Source: Oikopleura dioica
Taxonomy: Eukaryota > Animalia > Chordata
DNA length: 64,000 bases
Direction: 5' to 3'
Assembly (NCBI GenBank): GCA_907165135.1
Contig: OU015568.1
Coordinates: 8,060,001 to 8,124,000 of the forward strand
Shown: piece after piece, positions 60,835 through 64,000 of the stretch
Position numbering within the stretch: position 1 is the stretch's first letter
Layout: each line of letters opens with the position of its first letter
Made by a program: the position numbers and the translations under genes
The notes under the pieces: generated by a model
What the model was told of the DNA's origin: nothing
What the model saw: only the letters and a program-made list of their open reading frames with translations
Databases searched by the model: none

Positions 60835-61083
60835 TTAATATAATCAGATCTGGGCAAAATTTCAGAAAAAAAATATTTTCTTCCAAGAGCGCATCATTTT
60901 CAAGCGAGCAGAATCTTCCGCGCCGAGTTTCCCATAAGAGTCCTCCGCGCTCTTTCAACGAAACTTCATTTATTTTTAGAGAAATTTAAGAAGAAGATGG
61001 GTTTCTTATGCTTTTTTTCTCAAAATATAATTTTGTTGCTGAAAATGTAATGATAATCGTGGCTAAAATTTCGATTTTAGAAA

Positions 61084-62326
61084 ATGTATCGTCAAATCCC
61101 AGGTGGTCCTCAGGGGTTCGGCGATTTCGGCGGTGAATCGGAGAAGGCAGCGCGCTCGGTTTTTGTCGGAAACATTCCTTACGAAGCGACGGAAGAGCAG
61201 ATTAGAGACATTTTCAGCGAAGTCGGAGTGGTACTTAGTTTCCGGCTGGTTTATGATAGGGAAACGGGAAAACCCAAAGGATATGGCTTCTGCGAATACA
61301 AGGTAATTCCAAGAAAGTAACTAGCCGCTTACTCGTTTTAGGACACGGATACAGCCATGTCCGCGATGCGAAATCTAAACAGTCGAGAACTTCATGGGCG
61401 AAATTTGCGCGTCGATCACGCTACCCGCGACCACGGAATGGAAAAAGAACAGCCTCAAGCTTCAATTTCTCGCTCTGGCACTGTTGGCCTTGGTGGCCCA
61501 GTCGCTCCGCCAGTGGAGTCAATTTACGGACCATCTTGTAATCCTGCTGATGCACCGGAGCTGATATCGCAAGCGATTAATTCGCTACCACCAGAGCAGA
61601 TTTACAAACTCGTCAAAGAAATGAAAGATGTCATCATGGTTTGTAGCTTCTTGTTTGGTTTAGACTTACCTTGTCTCAGAAAAACCCAGTAGAAGCGAGA
61701 AACATGCTTCTCCAAAACCCTCAACTTGCGTATGGACTACTTCAGGCACAAGTAGCCATGAGGATTGTTACATCAGATCATGCAGTTACCATGCTTCATC
61801 CAAAGACAAACACGGTCAAAGCTGTTGAACCGTAAGTTACTGAACTATTTTCCATTGATAAATTGTTCCTTCAGAGCAGTGATAAACAAGCCAGCTCCTC
61901 AAGCATCCGCTCCTCCTCCTCAGCCACAAATGATGAGGCAACAAGCTGCTCCGCAAATGCCACCAATGCGCAGCGATTACGACCGATCCTACCAAAGAAA
62001 TGGTAAAATTCACAATTCACAAGCGGAAAATACACTCGAATTTCAGCTCCTCCTCAAAATCAACCGCCAGCAGCGCAAATGCGGCATGATCCTCGACAAC
62101 AACAAGCTCGCCAACAACAACACATTAAGACCGAGCCGCGCTCTGGAAATGACGATGACGAAAAAGCAAAGGTTCCCGTTCTTATCCTAATTCTGCCCTC
62201 TACCTATTTGTTCAGCTCATTATGCAAGTCTTGCAACTGACGCCAGAGCAGATTAATTTACTGCCGGAAGACCAGAGAACTTCGATTTTGCGACTGAAGG
62301 AACAACTAAAGAGCCAAAGTCGATAA
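61084..62326 (+). CDS. CSTF2: Cleavage stimulation factor 64 kDa subunit
   Basis: [47 protein letters not shown]; hinge [16 protein letters not shown]; C-terminal [14 protein letters not shown]. Confidence 0.96.
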
Positions 62327-62485
62327 GGAAAAATCACCGTTACTGTAACTTCGACCCAAACAGGCCATTTACTGATAGAAAGCTATCAAAACTGTCCTCC
62401 AATTTTAGACAAATTCTTTGACTCAAATAAAATGTCTTGTTCAGAAATCAGTTGTTTCTCTGTAGAAATCAAACCCTTTTCAGAA

Positions 62486-63610
62486 ATGGGACGAGTCAAA
62501 TTGACAAAGGAAGAGCGGTTTGTTCAGAAATATCTGAAAAAGCATGGAAGACTTCACGTGCTACAGATTTTTAACAAAGAATTGGAAGAAAGGGCAGAAA
62601 AAGGTATCTTATAAAAACTATTTGACTGTTAATATCTAGTTCCTCGACTTTAGCTGGAAGGAAATCTGAAGAAAAAGGATCGAAGAAGAATCAGAATTCA
62701 TCTGCAGAAGAAGCTCATTGTTCAAAATCATATTCAAATGCGAATGGTTTGTAATCAAAACCATGTATTGGGTATTTCAATTACCAAATCAATTGTAGCC
62801 GAATGTAAGCCTGTCAAACTCAGTTTTGCAATAAAGAAGCCACCTGAAAGAAAGAAAATTACTATCGAGCCGGTTAGCAAAAAGAAAAGGCCTCAGAAAA
62901 GGGAAGAAAACGAAAGGGAGAGTAAGACTGTCGACATTCCAAAAGACTTCAAGAAACTTGCCAAAACATTCGGGTTGCCAGAAGAGCATCTAGACTTTTT
63001 CTACGAAAACAGAACATCTTTCAACTGGGAATTTAAAGATTGGACGAATATTCAATGTACCGAAACTACCTGTAAATTGACAACTAAACTTGGTCCGAAG
63101 TGCCTTTTTGATCACATGATTACTGTTCACAGCTACCGGGAGATTCCATGTGACCACGTTGACTGCTCTTTTATCGCATACTCGTCGGTAAGTCTTAAGC
63201 ATCACAAATCGAAGTTTCACGGTCATGGTAAAAGACCAACAAATCATGGTCATTTTCCCTGTCCGTTTCAATCATGCAAAAGTTCTTTCGCTAGTACTAC
63301 CAATTTGCGCGATCATTTGAATGTTCACGAAAATCATCTTCTTTCGTGCAATTATTGTCCCTATAAATGTGCACTTAGTGCTCCTTTGCAAAACCATTTA
63401 AGTGCTCATTTCAATATCAAAAATTTTAAATGTGAGTTTTGCTCTCAAGGTTTCTCATCGCGTGGAAACTTGAATAACCATATTCGTGCACTTCACTCCT
63501 CAGACGATTTTGAGTGCATTGATTGCGGTTTTCAAGCGCAAAGTTTTCGAGGGTTGAGCTCACATAGACGGACATGTGAAAAGCGCCTTCAGTACTCAAG
63601 AATTCTATAA
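62486..63610 (+). CDS. C2H2 zinc-finger protein with a LisH-like N-terminus
   Basis: FVQKYLKKHG...IFNKEL at the start; ~6 C2H2 fingers (CPFQSC..F..TTNLRDHLNVH, CEFCSQGFSSRGNLNNHIRALH). Confidence 0.8.
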
Positions 63611-63700
63611 TTATCTTTGTATTGGTTCAATTTTTGAAGAAATTCCAACGGTTTGAAGAAAGCTTTCGACAGTAGTTTACGTTTTTATCGTTCAGACAAT

Positions 63701-64000
63701 ATGAATGTGACTCGTAAAAACTTCCTGGAACTGCTTCCAAAGATATTGAAGCAGATACAGAAATGCGAATTCGTATCAGTCGATCTTGAGTTCTGTGGTT
63801 TGCCCCATCCAAAAGCGTACAACAAATTGGATACAAGAGAAGACAGATATCGAAAAATCTCAAAGGAACCAGGACATAATTTTTTTAAGCTCTTCAATTC
63901 TCTAATAATGAGCAATGCACATCCTTCTCAAAAGTCGATCGAAAAATTCTTCATCCCTCAATATGGCCTTTCAATTTTCAGCAAAACCGCGAACGGGTAC
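63701..64000 (+). CDS. PARN: Poly(A)-specific ribonuclease (PARN/CAF1 family), 5' part
   Basis: MNVTRKNFLELLPKILKQIQKCEFVSVDLEFCG...DTREDRY...FIPQYGLSIF matches the PARN-family N-terminus with the first DEDD motif. PNLDC1/TOE1 not excluded. Confidence 0.8.
   Translation, partial: MNVTRKNFLELLPKILKQIQKCEFVSVDLEFCGLPHPKAYNKLDTREDRYRKISKEPGHNFFKLFNSLIMSNAHPSQKSIEKFFIPQYGLSIFSKTANGY

Larger units (their letters stand above)
61084..64000 (+). other. Putative operon CSTF2-ZnF-PARN
   Basis: Gaps of ~159 and ~90 nt; unpaired acceptors TTTTCAG (62483) and GTTCAG (63695) just before the ATGs. Confidence 0.65.

Overview
This is eukaryotic DNA, almost certainly from the larvacean tunicate Oikopleura dioica. 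It carries the 40-nt O. dioica spliced leader, 35-50 nt introns including GA-AG/GC-AG types, and operon-like gene spacing. About 30 protein-coding loci are present. Housekeeping genes: PRPF8 (5' part); a putative operon TMEM218-TIMELESS-MFS-MFS; SNUPN; SLC25A3; TMCO4; PRA1/RABAC1; ANKMY1; a divergent syntaxin; and a putative operon CSTF2-zinc finger-PARN. Surface or secreted genes: a CADM-like Ig protein, a cadherin, a CUB-mucin, a Gln-rich PAN protein, three CBM14 proteins, a 4x C-type lectin+trefoil receptor, an oikosin-like Cys protein, an EGF/PAN receptor and a modular DNase I. Non-coding features: a perfect 624-bp-arm palindrome holding two 5S rRNA + SL RNA units, and at least six MITE/foldback elements. 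Best leads: (1) a 305-bp MITE inside an ANKMY1 coding exon that can be spliced out in frame (Introner-like intron gain); (2) two oppositely charged paralogous secreted peptides hidden antisense in a GA-AG intron of TIMELESS; (3) a secreted sushi + unknown-domain + DNase I fusion; (4) the 5S/SL palindrome; (5) a TTAA MITE inserted at a 3' splice site. All gene models were built by eye, so exon boundaries are approximate and no database search was run.
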